From NCBI GenBank assembly GCA_001643675.2, contig LSRY02000002.1:744001-808000 (forward strand): DNA of 64,000 bases. Direction: 5' to 3'. Positions 1-10,873 of this stretch are shown here, one piece after another. The position numbers and the translations under genes were made by a program. This stretch comes from Monocercomonoides exilis PA203. Taxonomy: Eukaryota; Protista; Preaxostyla. Below the pieces are notes generated by a model. That model was not told the DNA's origin. It saw only the letters and a list, made by a program, of their open reading frames with translations, and ran no database searches. How positions within the stretch are numbered: position 1 is the first letter of the stretch; each line of letters starts with the position of its first letter.

Positions 1-1606
1 TTTTTTGAGGATTGTTTCAAGATGATGGAAACATAAAAAATTGTTTATTTTTTATTTTTATATGGATGAAGAGGGAATTTCCAGTTTGTTTCAGTTATTT
101 AAAAAAACAGAAAATTGCTCATTTTGGAGGCAGATGCAGTACAAATGTTTTTATTCGCTTTCCTTCTTGCTCGATAAATAGTGTTTTTGCAGAAACTCCA
201 CTTTTATTCCCAAGCCTTATGATATCTATGACTGAATGGAATACTTTTCAAAAATGATTCATTCAATGTCATTTTAAGTGATATCAGAGCAAAATAGACA
301 TATTTTGTGTTACTGTTTGTATTTATTTTCGTTTCTTTTTGAACAATTTCATTTGCTTCAGAAATTCTGCATTTGGTTCGAAAATGCAAAAAAAAAAAAA
401 ATGATTGTTATATCGACCGGAATCTGAAGGGAAAACAGACCCCAGAGCTTCAATATCGGAAATGTTAAAATGAATTGAATGTTTGATGCTTTCTTTTGTC
501 AAAACTGTTTATTATATGCGTATTTTAGGAATGTTTTGCTCCATCATCAAGCAAAATTGGATTATTTTGACAATCACAGAGACATTCAAATCCTTCTCCG
601 ATTGCACAAAGATGTGAATAGCATTATAGTTCAATTGCGGAAATGGGAATATGGAAAATATTTCTCTGGTTAGACAGTTTCTATGATTGATCAATCCACA
701 AATCTTAGCTGATTTGACAAACAAGTAATTGAAAATTCGAAATGAAGACAAGAAAAGGCTGAATTGAAGAATTTTTGAAGGAGCAAGAAAATATCTGAAA
801 AAGGCATAATTTCATTGGATAACTGGTCAAGAATGACTGAAGCGAGATTGATTCAAAAACAAACTTGAAATAAGAAAAATTAAGTTGAATACAGTTCTGA
901 TGGAAAACATAAATTGCAGCAAAGAAAAAGACTTGAAAAAGGGAAGATATGCAACAGAAGAGAGCAAAAGGAGGATCATCTAAAGTTACAAATTAAAAAA
1001 AATTCGAAAGAGAGAAAGAACAAAGGATATTTAATCAAAATCAATTTCTCTTTTTAAAAATAGGAAAAAAGAAATTCTATTGAAAAAATTCCTGAAAAAG
1101 GAGGTTTGGAAACATAACGAAACATTGAAGCTGTGTTATTCAATGAAGAAAAAGCAAAACTGAGCAGCTCTAGAGCATTTAGATTTATTTCTCGGTATTT
1201 CAATTTTCACTTCCATGTTCATTTGACACAACCATTTTTTCTTTTATTTTAAGGAATCTTTGAAATCAATCGAAGAAAGCAAGGAGATATAAAATGAAAG
1301 TCAATATTTTAATCATGATGATTAAAGATGAAAAAGGATCCGAACGGATAAGGAATTTCATTCAAGTAGAATATGAGGGGAAAGATTATATTCAAAAAGT
1401 TGAAGAAAAAAGAGGAAATCTATTTAAAATGACAATTTCTTTGAATAGGATCTGAAAATGACTGTTTCTGAAAAATGGAAATAAAAGCAGAAAATTGGAT
1501 TTTGAAAATGTAAGTGGAACAGAAAATAATATTTTTTGATGTTTGGATGGATAATGGGTTGTTATCAAAAATATGGGATCATGAACCCATAATCGTCATT
1601 GAAACA

Positions 1607-4600
1607 ATGATTCCCTTCATTTTTCTTGTGTGCTTGTTGTCAGCAATTTGTGGCAAAGACAGAAATGATAGATTGAGAAATGAATATGATGCTTTCCGTG
1701 TTCGTGGAATGGAAAAGAGTGGTATTTTTGGGAAGAGAAGTGTTGTTCAAATGTTCTGCGAAATTCACAACTCATCAGTTGAAATGAAGGGGATGTTGCT
1801 CGAAAAGCCAGATAATTGTGTGATGATTGAAATAAGAGCAGGATCATTGCTGCAGGTTGAGGGAAGTGCGTTTGTGAATAAAAACGAGTTGAATGGTCAT
1901 TATGTGAGAAATGGAGGGACATGCTATATGATAAACACGACTTTGGGAGTTGAGAATGATCAGGAATGTGGAATGATGGGGAGCATGGCGGAGATGGAAG
2001 GGGGAGATTTGTCTTCGTTATTTGTGAGAAATTGTGAGTTTGAGGATGTTGTGTTTTGTGGGAGTGGAAGCATTTTGAGAAATGGAAAAGGTTCATTTGA
2101 AGGAATCAAAAATTGTGCTTTTTCAAATATCACAATGAAATTCATGGAAACAGACAAGGTTTCTATTGATCAAATATCAATGATGAAAACGAGTTCAATG
2201 GAGAATTGTGATGTTGAACGATCAATGAATGTGCTTGAGGGAGGGATTGTGAGTGGAACAGAAGGATCTGGCTCATTTTTTTGCAACAATTGCACATTCC
2301 TTCGAAACGAAAGAGTAGTTAGAAAAGTGAGAAATACAGGAAGACAGTCGACCACCGAGTCTCTCAACTTTATGAACGCTGAATGGATTGGATGCAACGC
2401 TTCAAGCGGTGGAGCACTATATGTTCATGACAATTCGAGTGCAACTCTTACAGTTGAGAATTCATCATTTTTGAAATGCAATGCGACATCTGAAAGAGGA
2501 GGAGGGATATTTGCTTTGAACATTGCAGAATGCACTGTGAAGCATTCCACATTTGTTGAGTGCTATTGTGTTTCATCAACAAATTGTGGAGGTGCAGGAG
2601 CAGAAATTTCTGGTGTTTCAATTCAAGTATTTGTTGAGAATTGTTTATTCAAAGATGAATGGTCTGGAAATGATGCTGGAGGACTTGGAATTTGGAGTTC
2701 AAAAACAACGAAAACAAAAGATTGTGTATTGAATTGTTTTTTCAAAAATTGTTGTGTTCAAAATCCTTCTGACTGCGATGGTGGAGGATTTATAAGTTGG
2801 AATACAGTTGACAGAATTGTTTTGAGAAACTGTCATTTTCAAGGATGCCATTCAGATGGTAATGGTGGAGCCTTAAGCATTAGGACAAACGGATATTATG
2901 GAAATCTGTTATGGTTTTGCTTTTTTCATAATAATGCAGCCAAAATTGGCAATGACATATTTGTTTATGATAATAATACAGATTCCCAAATAATATGGTG
3001 TTATTCGACCAGAACTGAAGGAACGAGATATTATGCAGGTGGAGATAAAAGTGATTGGCTTCCTAATGAAGGAGGAAGGAGCAGATTTGTTGCTTCAAAG
3101 GAGAATCAAACCAATGCGAAAGACACATTTAGCTGTGGGTTAAATGAAAGTTGTGCATGTCTCACAATAAGTCATTGTCTGACTCAAATGATAGAGGAAT
3201 TTGTAGAGGTAATCAAAGTGCTTTCTGGAACAGTTGTTGAAGAAAAAGGAGTTGACATTGGGGATCAAACAATCTCTGTGAATGGAGCTTATCAATCTGG
3301 CTCAGTCATTGAAACAAAATTTGAGGCGAATGGATTGAGTCTGTTTTGCATTGGAGCAGGGGTATTGACTGTGAGCGATCTGTCAGTGGTTCATAACACC
3401 TCGATTGAAAACAACAGACAATGCAGATTATTTGAGATTCAAGGGGCTGGAGGGATCAATTTGGATAGAACAAACATATCGATGGATGCAGCTCATTCAG
3501 AGGAAAGGAGCATTCAAAACTCGCTTGTGAAACTGGACGGGGGAGAGTTGAAGATGCAAGATGTGAGATGGGGACAAACATTCAGCACCACAAGTATGAT
3601 ATCTCTGCCACAAATATCATCTGTTTCATTGTCTCTGGAAAACTGCACATTCAACAACATTGAGAGGACAACAGCCGGATCATCACTGATGAATGTGTTT
3701 GAAGGGTCACATTCAATTACTCTTGAGGGATGCACGATTGATGGTTGTGGGAGTGAAGCCTCTGAGTTTGGAGGGGGTATGATGGTTGAAGTGGGAAGCG
3801 AGAGTTCATTGAATGTGAAAGGAGGCATTGTGAAGAACTGTTATGCCTCAGCTACTCAAGGGAGAGGAGGAGGAATTGGGCTGAAAGTTAACGGCATAAA
3901 TGCAGAGTTTCTTCTTTCATCAGCATTTGAAGGAAATCGAGCAAAATTTGGAAGCGATATTTTTGTTGATTCGATCGATCTGGAATCAACAGCGACAAGT
4001 GGGAAAATTGCCTCTTTAACACCCTCATTTGATACAAAGAGCAAGATGCAGGGATATGAAAATGGGGATGAATCGTTCCCAATTCCACTGTGTGTCTATT
4101 TGTGGAACAACTTTTCTCCACCAGCGTTTGTTGGAGGAGGATCATTGAGCCATGATTTCTCGAAGTGTGGATTTGAAGAGTTTCCGTGTTCGTCCATTTC
4201 GAAGGCAGCATCTGTCCACTTTGAAGGGAAGAAAAAATGCATAGCCATTCTTGAATCATTTGCCTTTGAAGATGAATTGAGCTTGACTTCACATGAATGG
4301 AGAATTGCATCCAAAGAGAATGAGATGAAGTACGATGTTTCTGATCAGAAAGAGGGAGCTCAAAATGGATTGATTGAAAACACAGTTTCTGTATCTGTGA
4401 GTGGTATTGTATTTTCATTAAAGAAATCGCTGACCTTTCATGAAAGTGTGTTTGAGTGCCATTCAGAGAAGCTCACACTGGATGGATGCAGGATAGAAGG
4501 AGGTGCTGAGATAATTTCTACAGTGTTTGTGAAGGCTGCTGGAGGGGTTGTGGAAGTGATTGAGTTTGGATCAGAGAATATGAAAAAAGTAGATTCATCG

Positions 4601-7600
4601 ATATTTGTTGTTGAAGGGAATGCAGAAAATGTGCCTTCGATGAATATGACGAAGAGTGATTTTTCCGAAATCACATTTGGTGATGGGTGTGTTGTTGAGT
4701 GCCACAAGGGGATTATTGAAGAGATATCTGGTTGCACGTTTTCATTGATTACTCGTTCGAAGGGAAGTGGAGGATGCATCAGCATTACGAACGAGAACGA
4801 TAATAACGGAGGAGATTACAAAGTGGAAATTAATGACTGCACATTCGAAGGATGTGCTGTTGCTGGAGAGGAAGAAGAGTGCGGTGGAGGAGCACTCTTT
4901 TTTGAAGCATCTCCAAAAACGAATCTTGTGGCAAATGAATGCACATTTTATGGTTGCACAGCACCGTATGAATGTGAAGTTGTTGGATATGGTGGAGGAA
5001 TAATGCTGAAGATACTGAAAGAAGAAGAGATTAATGGATGGTTTGTGATATCCTCACCTGTTTTTTCACCAAACAAGCCAAACAATGCGAAATATGGGAA
5101 GGATCTGTTCATTTCATCTTCATCGCTTGCCAAGAGTGTCAAGAACGAAACACTTCCATTTGTGAGAGATAGATTGGAGATGCTGACTGAAGACTCTCTG
5201 AGAGGATACGATGGAGGAGACAGGGAATGTGCAATCCCACTGATCTATTTCTGGAAAGAGGTTGAGTCGAGCGTGTATGTTGCAAGAGGAGGAAACAATG
5301 TGATTGTGTGTGGATTGGAAGAGTACCCTTGTGCTTCTGTTGATTATGGGTTAAAAAGAGGGAGTAGCTTAGGGATTGAATCAATTGCAGTTCAAAGGAT
5401 TTGTGATGTGAAGAGTGAAATAAGTGCGAGTGGGATGAGGATGGAAGGAACAAACGACGAAACAGACAAAATTCAATTTGTGAAAGAGATTGAAGGGGAT
5501 GGAGATGCTGTTATTGAATGCAAAGGGGTTGTTCAATTCAATGGATTGGGGATTCTGATCCCCAGTGCATTTGTCAATGGGGCAAACACCCTCATCCAGG
5601 CGGGTTCTGATGCAGTCAAAACGAGTATTGCAGGATGTTCAATTCACATGAGTGACAATGCTGAAGGTGAAGTGTCATTTGTGCTGATATCTGCTTCAAA
5701 AGGAATTGTTGAGATTGAAAAGACAAAGATAGCTGAATTCTCAACGATGCATGAGATTATGAGCATATCAGCTGATTGTTTGACAACCATGAGTAATGTG
5801 ACATTTGAAGATATTTCATTGAGCGGAAAAAGTGCAATTGCGATGAGTGAAACTGTAGTTTCTGGAAGTGAAAATGTTGATGAAGAAGAAGAGTGGAGCA
5901 TTCTGTTTGAGCAATGTTCGTTTGTGAACATGAAGAACAGCGTGACAAACAATCCGTCATTGCTTTGCTGTGATGTGCCGAATGAAATGAGACTGAAAAT
6001 GGAGAACTCAACAATTGATGGATGTGGATCGACAAGCTCGAATGAAGGAGGAGGTGTATTTTTCCTTCTCAATGAAAGGGGGAGGCTGGAGATGAATCAC
6101 ACGAATATGATAAACTGTTTCTGTTCGAACATTGGGAGGGGAGGAGGGATGTTTTTAGGATCACAAAGTGCGTCACAGGAAGCGTTGCCATTTGTGCTGT
6201 CGAATATCACTTTCAAAGGGAATGTTGCACTAAAGGGGAGGGATGTGTTTGTGAAGTGCACAGACCTTGACTCACAGATTTCAGTATGGCAGTTTCTAAT
6301 AAATTTTGGAGAGCCATATGTAAAGGATCTGGCTATTTGGGGGTGCACATCAGACAATTATGGGGATGAGGAGGATCTGCTAGGGAGGGTGTATGTGTTC
6401 AGGAGCGAATTCATATTTGTGTCATCGATTGTGGGGAACAACAGCGACAGCAAGAACTGCGGAGAGATGAAGGGTGTATGCTCATCGCTGAATGTTGGGG
6501 TGAGCCACATCATCCCATCAGATTATTCGCAGCTGTTGATATGGAATGAGACAACACTAACTGGTTCATGTTCGGCTGAGAAGGTGACAATCAAATCGAT
6601 GGAAACAAGCGGAAATGCTGAGATAAAGGTGAATGAAATCAATTTGGCTGATGAAGGGGCAGTGACAATTTCAGAATCTGTTCGAATTGAGAAAATTTCA
6701 TTTGTTTTTGGTGGAATGCAGAATATTGTCTGCTCGTGCTTAATTCACCAATTGAATGGATCTCTTATTCTCGAGTCTGTTTCATTCTTGTCAGAGAGTG
6801 AATCACTGGAGAATTCACAAACCTTTTTTGACTTTTCTCTCTTGGTTGTTGAAGATGGAACATTTGAGGCCGAAAAATGCAATATTTGGTATTTGGTATT
6901 CTCGAAGCCTGTATTCGAGATATTGAGTTCGGAAAGTGCAACATTTGAGGATTTGAGAGTGGATATTGTGGGATGCAAGAGTTCGTTGATTGAATGTGGG
7001 AAAAGTGAGAAAGTGAGCATTTCGAAGTTGGCAGCCACAAACATTGAGTTGGGAGAGAGATGCCTGATCTCACTTGAAAATAGCCATTCATCACTTGTTA
7101 TATCATTGACATTATCATTATTCACAAACATCAGCCGATCGAGTGATGGGTCGTGCATTGTTTGCACAAGTCAGCCGATGAGTGGATTTGAGATGTGCAA
7201 CTGCTCTTTTCATGAGTGCACATCAGAGTCACCAAAGGGGAGCCAGGTGGCGATAGCATCAGCAAGGAAGATATTGATGGAATCGTGTGTGCTTGAAGGG
7301 AATCTTGCTTCAGGAACAGAAATGAATGAGATTTCTGATGAAGTATGCAAATGGAATGGGTCAATTGTTGACTTGTCGATGAGTGAAGCAGTTGTGAGAG
7401 ACACCACAATATGCAACTCATTGAAGGGAGGGCTGAGTGTGAGTGGAGGATCTGCGACGATTGAAATGGGATTGTTTGAGAGCAACAATCCTTTGAATTC
7501 AAAATATCCTTCTCTTTGTCGAAACATCATTTGCTCAGATTCGGGAACATTGAATGTGATGAGTTTGAAGGGAGGAGATGGAGTAAAAGATAACACATCT

Positions 7601-9373
7601 CTTTGGATTCTGAATGAAGGATGCAATTTTGAAGGGATTGCATCTGAGAGGGCGTCTCCATTCTTCATCCCAGTGTTGGAGAGTGTTGAAGCAAAGGAAG
7701 TGGGAGAAGAAGTGGAGATTGCGTTCAAAGGTTGGGAGCTCCTTCCATGCGACTTGTCATTCATGGTTGTGAAACAGATGGGAGAAGAAAAGCAGATAGA
7801 GAAAAATGAGTTTGATGATAGTGGATATGTGTCAGAGAAAGAAATTGAAGGTAGACTTCCAAAAGAGACGATAACGGAAGCAGGTGAAGGGGTTGAAGTG
7901 AGTGTATGCATTCTGTTTGGAGATGCAAAAAATCCATCTTCCACTGATTCTTTCATCCTGAAGAACAAAACCGAATCAAAGACTGGAAATGAAAAAGTGG
8001 TTGAAGGAGGGAAAGAAGGGAAATCTTACTGGCTGTTGATTGTGATTGTGCTTGTTGTCATTCTTTTGATTGTTCTCATTGTTTCAATAATACTGGCTGT
8101 TCGATGGAAAAAGCAAAAGAGAAGGACAGAAGAATTGGAAGAGATTGTGAATGACACGGTGAAGAAGGATCCGAAGCTGATTGAGATGGTGACGATGGAG
8201 ATGTCACCAGAGGAACAGTGGAGAAGAGCAGAGAGAGAGGCAGAAAAAAAGAATGAAGAGAGGATGAAGAAGAGAATATATGAGAAAAGCCTGGGACACT
8301 CCGAGTCGTCAGAGCATTTGCTGGCTGAGAGTGGGTCAACTGAATACATACTGGGAAGAGACTCAGACAAGATCCCTGAATGGGCGCTGGAGAAGGTTGA
8401 TGATAAAGAAGATGAGGAAACAAGAAAACGAACACCATCACCATCCATTTCATCCACTTCAACAACAGACACTTCAGACACAGAATCCACGTTTGTTCGA
8501 TCAGAGAGTCTGTGTCCAACCACTTCATCGATGTCAAACCTGGTGGATGCAATGGCATGCTCGTCTCCTCATGAAAAATTGATTGTGGACTTGAGAGATT
8601 CGCTGTTCATGTTGCTTCACGGAAGGAATGAAAAGAAGGAAATGGCTATTGGCTCCTTGAAGGAGAGGGAGCAAACAGCTGCTCAGATCCTGTTTTGGGT
8701 GGCCAATCTCGCTCTTCATTCATTTGATGAAATGAAAATACCGCTTCAATCACTGGCAAATCTGAGTCCGCATATTGTATTGTTCTCAGAGCACATGGTC
8801 ATCTGCATTGTGATGCACTCTGATTTCCTTTCATCTGATGATTCTGATTCATCATCCATTTCATCATCAACAGTGACATCTGCCAGTGATGATGATAGAG
8901 ACTCTCTGCCTTCTTCGGCTTTTGAGGATGAGGATGATTATTACAAAAAAGAGTGCCTGAGGTGGAAGGCGCCTGAGCTGCTAATGAACAAGAAGATGGG
9001 TGCGACGAAGGAGTCAGTGGCATTCTCGATTGGGATGATGCTGTGGGAGTGCTTGACACTTCAGATCCCGTTTGGAGAATATGATGGCGAGATTGCTGGA
9101 CAAAAGATTGCGAATGGGGAAAGGCCGAATGTGAAGCATGCAGAAGAAAGTGAACTTTGTGACGTGGTAAGAGGATGCTTGTCAAGCAAAGAGAACGAGC
9201 GGCCTTTGCTTGTGAATTTGAAGAAAGCGTTTGTGCAACATCTCCCGAAAGATACATTTACATTCACGATTGCAGATGCATTGTTCACCGAGAACCCAAA
9301 CAATGTGCGAAGCGGAGCTGAAAGTGAAACAGAAAGCTGGATAACTGAGTCAACAACTTTTCGAGATCGATGA
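1607..9373 (+). CDS. Giant single-pass receptor-like protein (~2588 aa): signal peptide, Cys-rich beta-helix/Pmp-like ectodomain, TM helix, C-terminal TKL-like pseudokinase
   Basis: Intronless ORF. The likely start is ATG 1607 (MIPFIFLVCLLSAICG, signal-like), not the GTG at 1514. Repeated GGA(L/I) and FxxC/N motifs; four D-x-x-x-CG...C-x-(S/T) modules; TM YWLLIVIVLVVILLIVLIVSIILAV followed by RWKK; kinase C-lobe motifs RWKAPE, FSIGMMLWE, IPF and ERP. Confidence 0.85.
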   Translation: MIPFIFLVCLLSAICGKDRNDRLRNEYDAFRVRGMEKSGIFGKRSVVQMFCEIHNSSVEMKGMLLEKPDNCVMIEIRAGSLLQVEGSAFVNKNELNGHYVRNGGTCYMINTTLGVENDQECGMMGSMAEMEGGDLSSLFVRNCEFEDVVFCGSGSILRNGKGSFEGIKNCAFSNITMKFMETDKVSIDQISMMKTSSMENCDVERSMNVLEGGIVSGTEGSGSFFCNNCTFLRNERVVRKVRNTGRQSTTESLNFMNAEWIGCNASSGGALYVHDNSSATLTVENSSFLKCNATSERGGGIFALNIAECTVKHSTFVECYCVSSTNCGGAGAEISGVSIQVFVENCLFKDEWSGNDAGGLGIWSSKTTKTKDCVLNCFFKNCCVQNPSDCDGGGFISWNTVDRIVLRNCHFQGCHSDGNGGALSIRTNGYYGNLLWFCFFHNNAAKIGNDIFVYDNNTDSQIIWCYSTRTEGTRYYAGGDKSDWLPNEGGRSRFVASKENQTNAKDTFSCGLNESCACLTISHCLTQMIEEFVEVIKVLSGTVVEEKGVDIGDQTISVNGAYQSGSVIETKFEANGLSLFCIGAGVLTVSDLSVVHNTSIENNRQCRLFEIQGAGGINLDRTNISMDAAHSEERSIQNSLVKLDGGELKMQDVRWGQTFSTTSMISLPQISSVSLSLENCTFNNIERTTAGSSLMNVFEGSHSITLEGCTIDGCGSEASEFGGGMMVEVGSESSLNVKGGIVKNCYASATQGRGGGIGLKVNGINAEFLLSSAFEGNRAKFGSDIFVDSIDLESTATSGKIASLTPSFDTKSKMQGYENGDESFPIPLCVYLWNNFSPPAFVGGGSLSHDFSKCGFEEFPCSSISKAASVHFEGKKKCIAILESFAFEDELSLTSHEWRIASKENEMKYDVSDQKEGAQNGLIENTVSVSVSGIVFSLKKSLTFHESVFECHSEKLTLDGCRIEGGAEIISTVFVKAAGGVVEVIEFGSENMKKVDSSIFVVEGNAENVPSMNMTKSDFSEITFGDGCVVECHKGIIEEISGCTFSLITRSKGSGGCISITNENDNNGGDYKVEINDCTFEGCAVAGEEEECGGGALFFEASPKTNLVANECTFYGCTAPYECEVVGYGGGIMLKILKEEEINGWFVISSPVFSPNKPNNAKYGKDLFISSSSLAKSVKNETLPFVRDRLEMLTEDSLRGYDGGDRECAIPLIYFWKEVESSVYVARGGNNVIVCGLEEYPCASVDYGLKRGSSLGIESIAVQRICDVKSEISASGMRMEGTNDETDKIQFVKEIEGDGDAVIECKGVVQFNGLGILIPSAFVNGANTLIQAGSDAVKTSIAGCSIHMSDNAEGEVSFVLISASKGIVEIEKTKIAEFSTMHEIMSISADCLTTMSNVTFEDISLSGKSAIAMSETVVSGSENVDEEEEWSILFEQCSFVNMKNSVTNNPSLLCCDVPNEMRLKMENSTIDGCGSTSSNEGGGVFFLLNERGRLEMNHTNMINCFCSNIGRGGGMFLGSQSASQEALPFVLSNITFKGNVALKGRDVFVKCTDLDSQISVWQFLINFGEPYVKDLAIWGCTSDNYGDEEDLLGRVYVFRSEFIFVSSIVGNNSDSKNCGEMKGVCSSLNVGVSHIIPSDYSQLLIWNETTLTGSCSAEKVTIKSMETSGNAEIKVNEINLADEGAVTISESVRIEKISFVFGGMQNIVCSCLIHQLNGSLILESVSFLSESESLENSQTFFDFSLLVVEDGTFEAEKCNIWYLVFSKPVFEILSSESATFEDLRVDIVGCKSSLIECGKSEKVSISKLAATNIELGERCLISLENSHSSLVISLTLSLFTNISRSSDGSCIVCTSQPMSGFEMCNCSFHECTSESPKGSQVAIASARKILMESCVLEGNLASGTEMNEISDEVCKWNGSIVDLSMSEAVVRDTTICNSLKGGLSVSGGSATIEMGLFESNNPLNSKYPSLCRNIICSDSGTLNVMSLKGGDGVKDNTSLWILNEGCNFEGIASERASPFFIPVLESVEAKEVGEEVEIAFKGWELLPCDLSFMVVKQMGEEKQIEKNEFDDSGYVSEKEIEGRLPKETITEAGEGVEVSVCILFGDAKNPSSTDSFILKNKTESKTGNEKVVEGGKEGKSYWLLIVIVLVVILLIVLIVSIILAVRWKKQKRRTEELEEIVNDTVKKDPKLIEMVTMEMSPEEQWRRAEREAEKKNEERMKKRIYEKSLGHSESSEHLLAESGSTEYILGRDSDKIPEWALEKVDDKEDEETRKRTPSPSISSTSTTDTSDTESTFVRSESLCPTTSSMSNLVDAMACSSPHEKLIVDLRDSLFMLLHGRNEKKEMAIGSLKEREQTAAQILFWVANLALHSFDEMKIPLQSLANLSPHIVLFSEHMVICIVMHSDFLSSDDSDSSSISSSTVTSASDDDRDSLPSSAFEDEDDYYKKECLRWKAPELLMNKKMGATKESVAFSIGMMLWECLTLQIPFGEYDGEIAGQKIANGERPNVKHAEESELCDVVRGCLSSKENERPLLVNLKKAFVQHLPKDTFTFTIADALFTENPNNVRSGAESETESWITESTTFRDR

Positions 9374-10873
9374 AAAAGCCAAAATCACAAACTTAAACTC
9401 AAGAATGGAGATGATCGCTTTGATTGAATGAAACTTAAGTTGAAATCTATCAATCAAAGGAACATTTTGCATTATGTTGTTGGTGCAGAAATTATTCACA
9501 CCGGTCCACAACAAACTTTGGATACTTTGAACTCAAAAAGAAGAAAGAGATTACAATGCCCAAAATGATTTTGGGGTTTTTTGTGCCACGTGGAAAATGT
9601 TATTATTTGACTCAATAAAATGGATTGTGGTGTTGTTTCCTTTGATCCATTTAATTGCAGGGCTTCAACAAATTTTATCTTTTTTCTTTTGTTTTATTTC
9701 TTGTTTAAATTTCAAAATATTTTAAACACAATTTTTATATTGCAATAACACCATTATTCTACATTTATATTCAATATGGAGCAAACTATAAAGTTTTTTG
9801 TTGCAATGTTTATCTGCAAATATTACAACAATTATCACTTTTTATTCTTGAGTTTGTTTTCACAATTAAATGTATATTTTTGTTTTGCATCATTCAGTTT
9901 CCATTCATTAACGGGTCAACATCCAGTTTTGATCACTTTTTTAAAAAAAATTCCAGTTTTTTTAATTAATTTGCACATCTCTTGAATATTTATGATTCAC
10001 ACAACTATCTTATTTTTGTACCTCCATTGATAATGTTTCAATTTCTTATTCAATTAGAAATAGCTTTTCGTGTGTTTTTCAATTTTTATGTAAACAAAAC
10101 TTATTCTATTGCGTCATATTTTCTTGCAAGTTCTTTTCAAAAATTTTTCCTCTTTGTAATTAATTTTTAATTATAAATAAAATTGTTCTAACTTTTTTAA
10201 CAGTTTGTCAGATAACATCGCGATTATACTTCAGTTATTATTCGATCATATCAAAACATTCTTTCCTTTCCTTTTTATCTTCTTTTTCGTTGTTTAGAAA
10301 ATGTTTGCGATCAGCGAGAATTTTCAACTTCTTTAAACGTGTCAAAAACGAAGAAATAGCATCAATCCAGTGAAAAAGTTAAGATTATGAGAGAATGAGA
10401 AAAAGTGAGAGACAAAATATTCATTAATCACGAAAAGCGTTTCAAAGTTAAAGAGCAATTGAATAATAATCTGTGAAACACGAAGACTCGAAGAACTTTA
10501 AAAAAAATATCCATTTCAATCTGTTACGAACATATTCTATGTAGAATAAACCATTTTGAAAATACAGTGAAGGTGAACGAATTTCCCTAATATTTTTTCA
10601 TTTTTATTTTTATCCAAATTCATAACTGGTATTTTATGAAATATGATCTTTTCAAGAAATAAACTTCAATGTGCATTATGCTTCATTTTTTGAATATTTG
10701 AAATATTTATTTTTATTATCTCAAACAAAATTATCACACGAATAATTGTGAAATCCATTTTAATGTATTTCTTTGTCTAAAATAAAAATGTCAAACGAAT
10801 ACATTTTTGTTTCACACTCAAAATACAACAAAAATGAAAGAGATAATTTCTATTGAACCATAACGCAATACTT

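Noticed and set aside
1-1500. Short ORFs and purine-rich coding-like sequence
   Set aside because: No consistent frame, splice model or recognisable motif. It may be decayed sequence, but I cannot support a call.
1514-1606. GTG start of the 2619-aa ORF
   Set aside because: This is a eukaryotic gene, and the signal-peptide-like sequence starts at ATG 1607.
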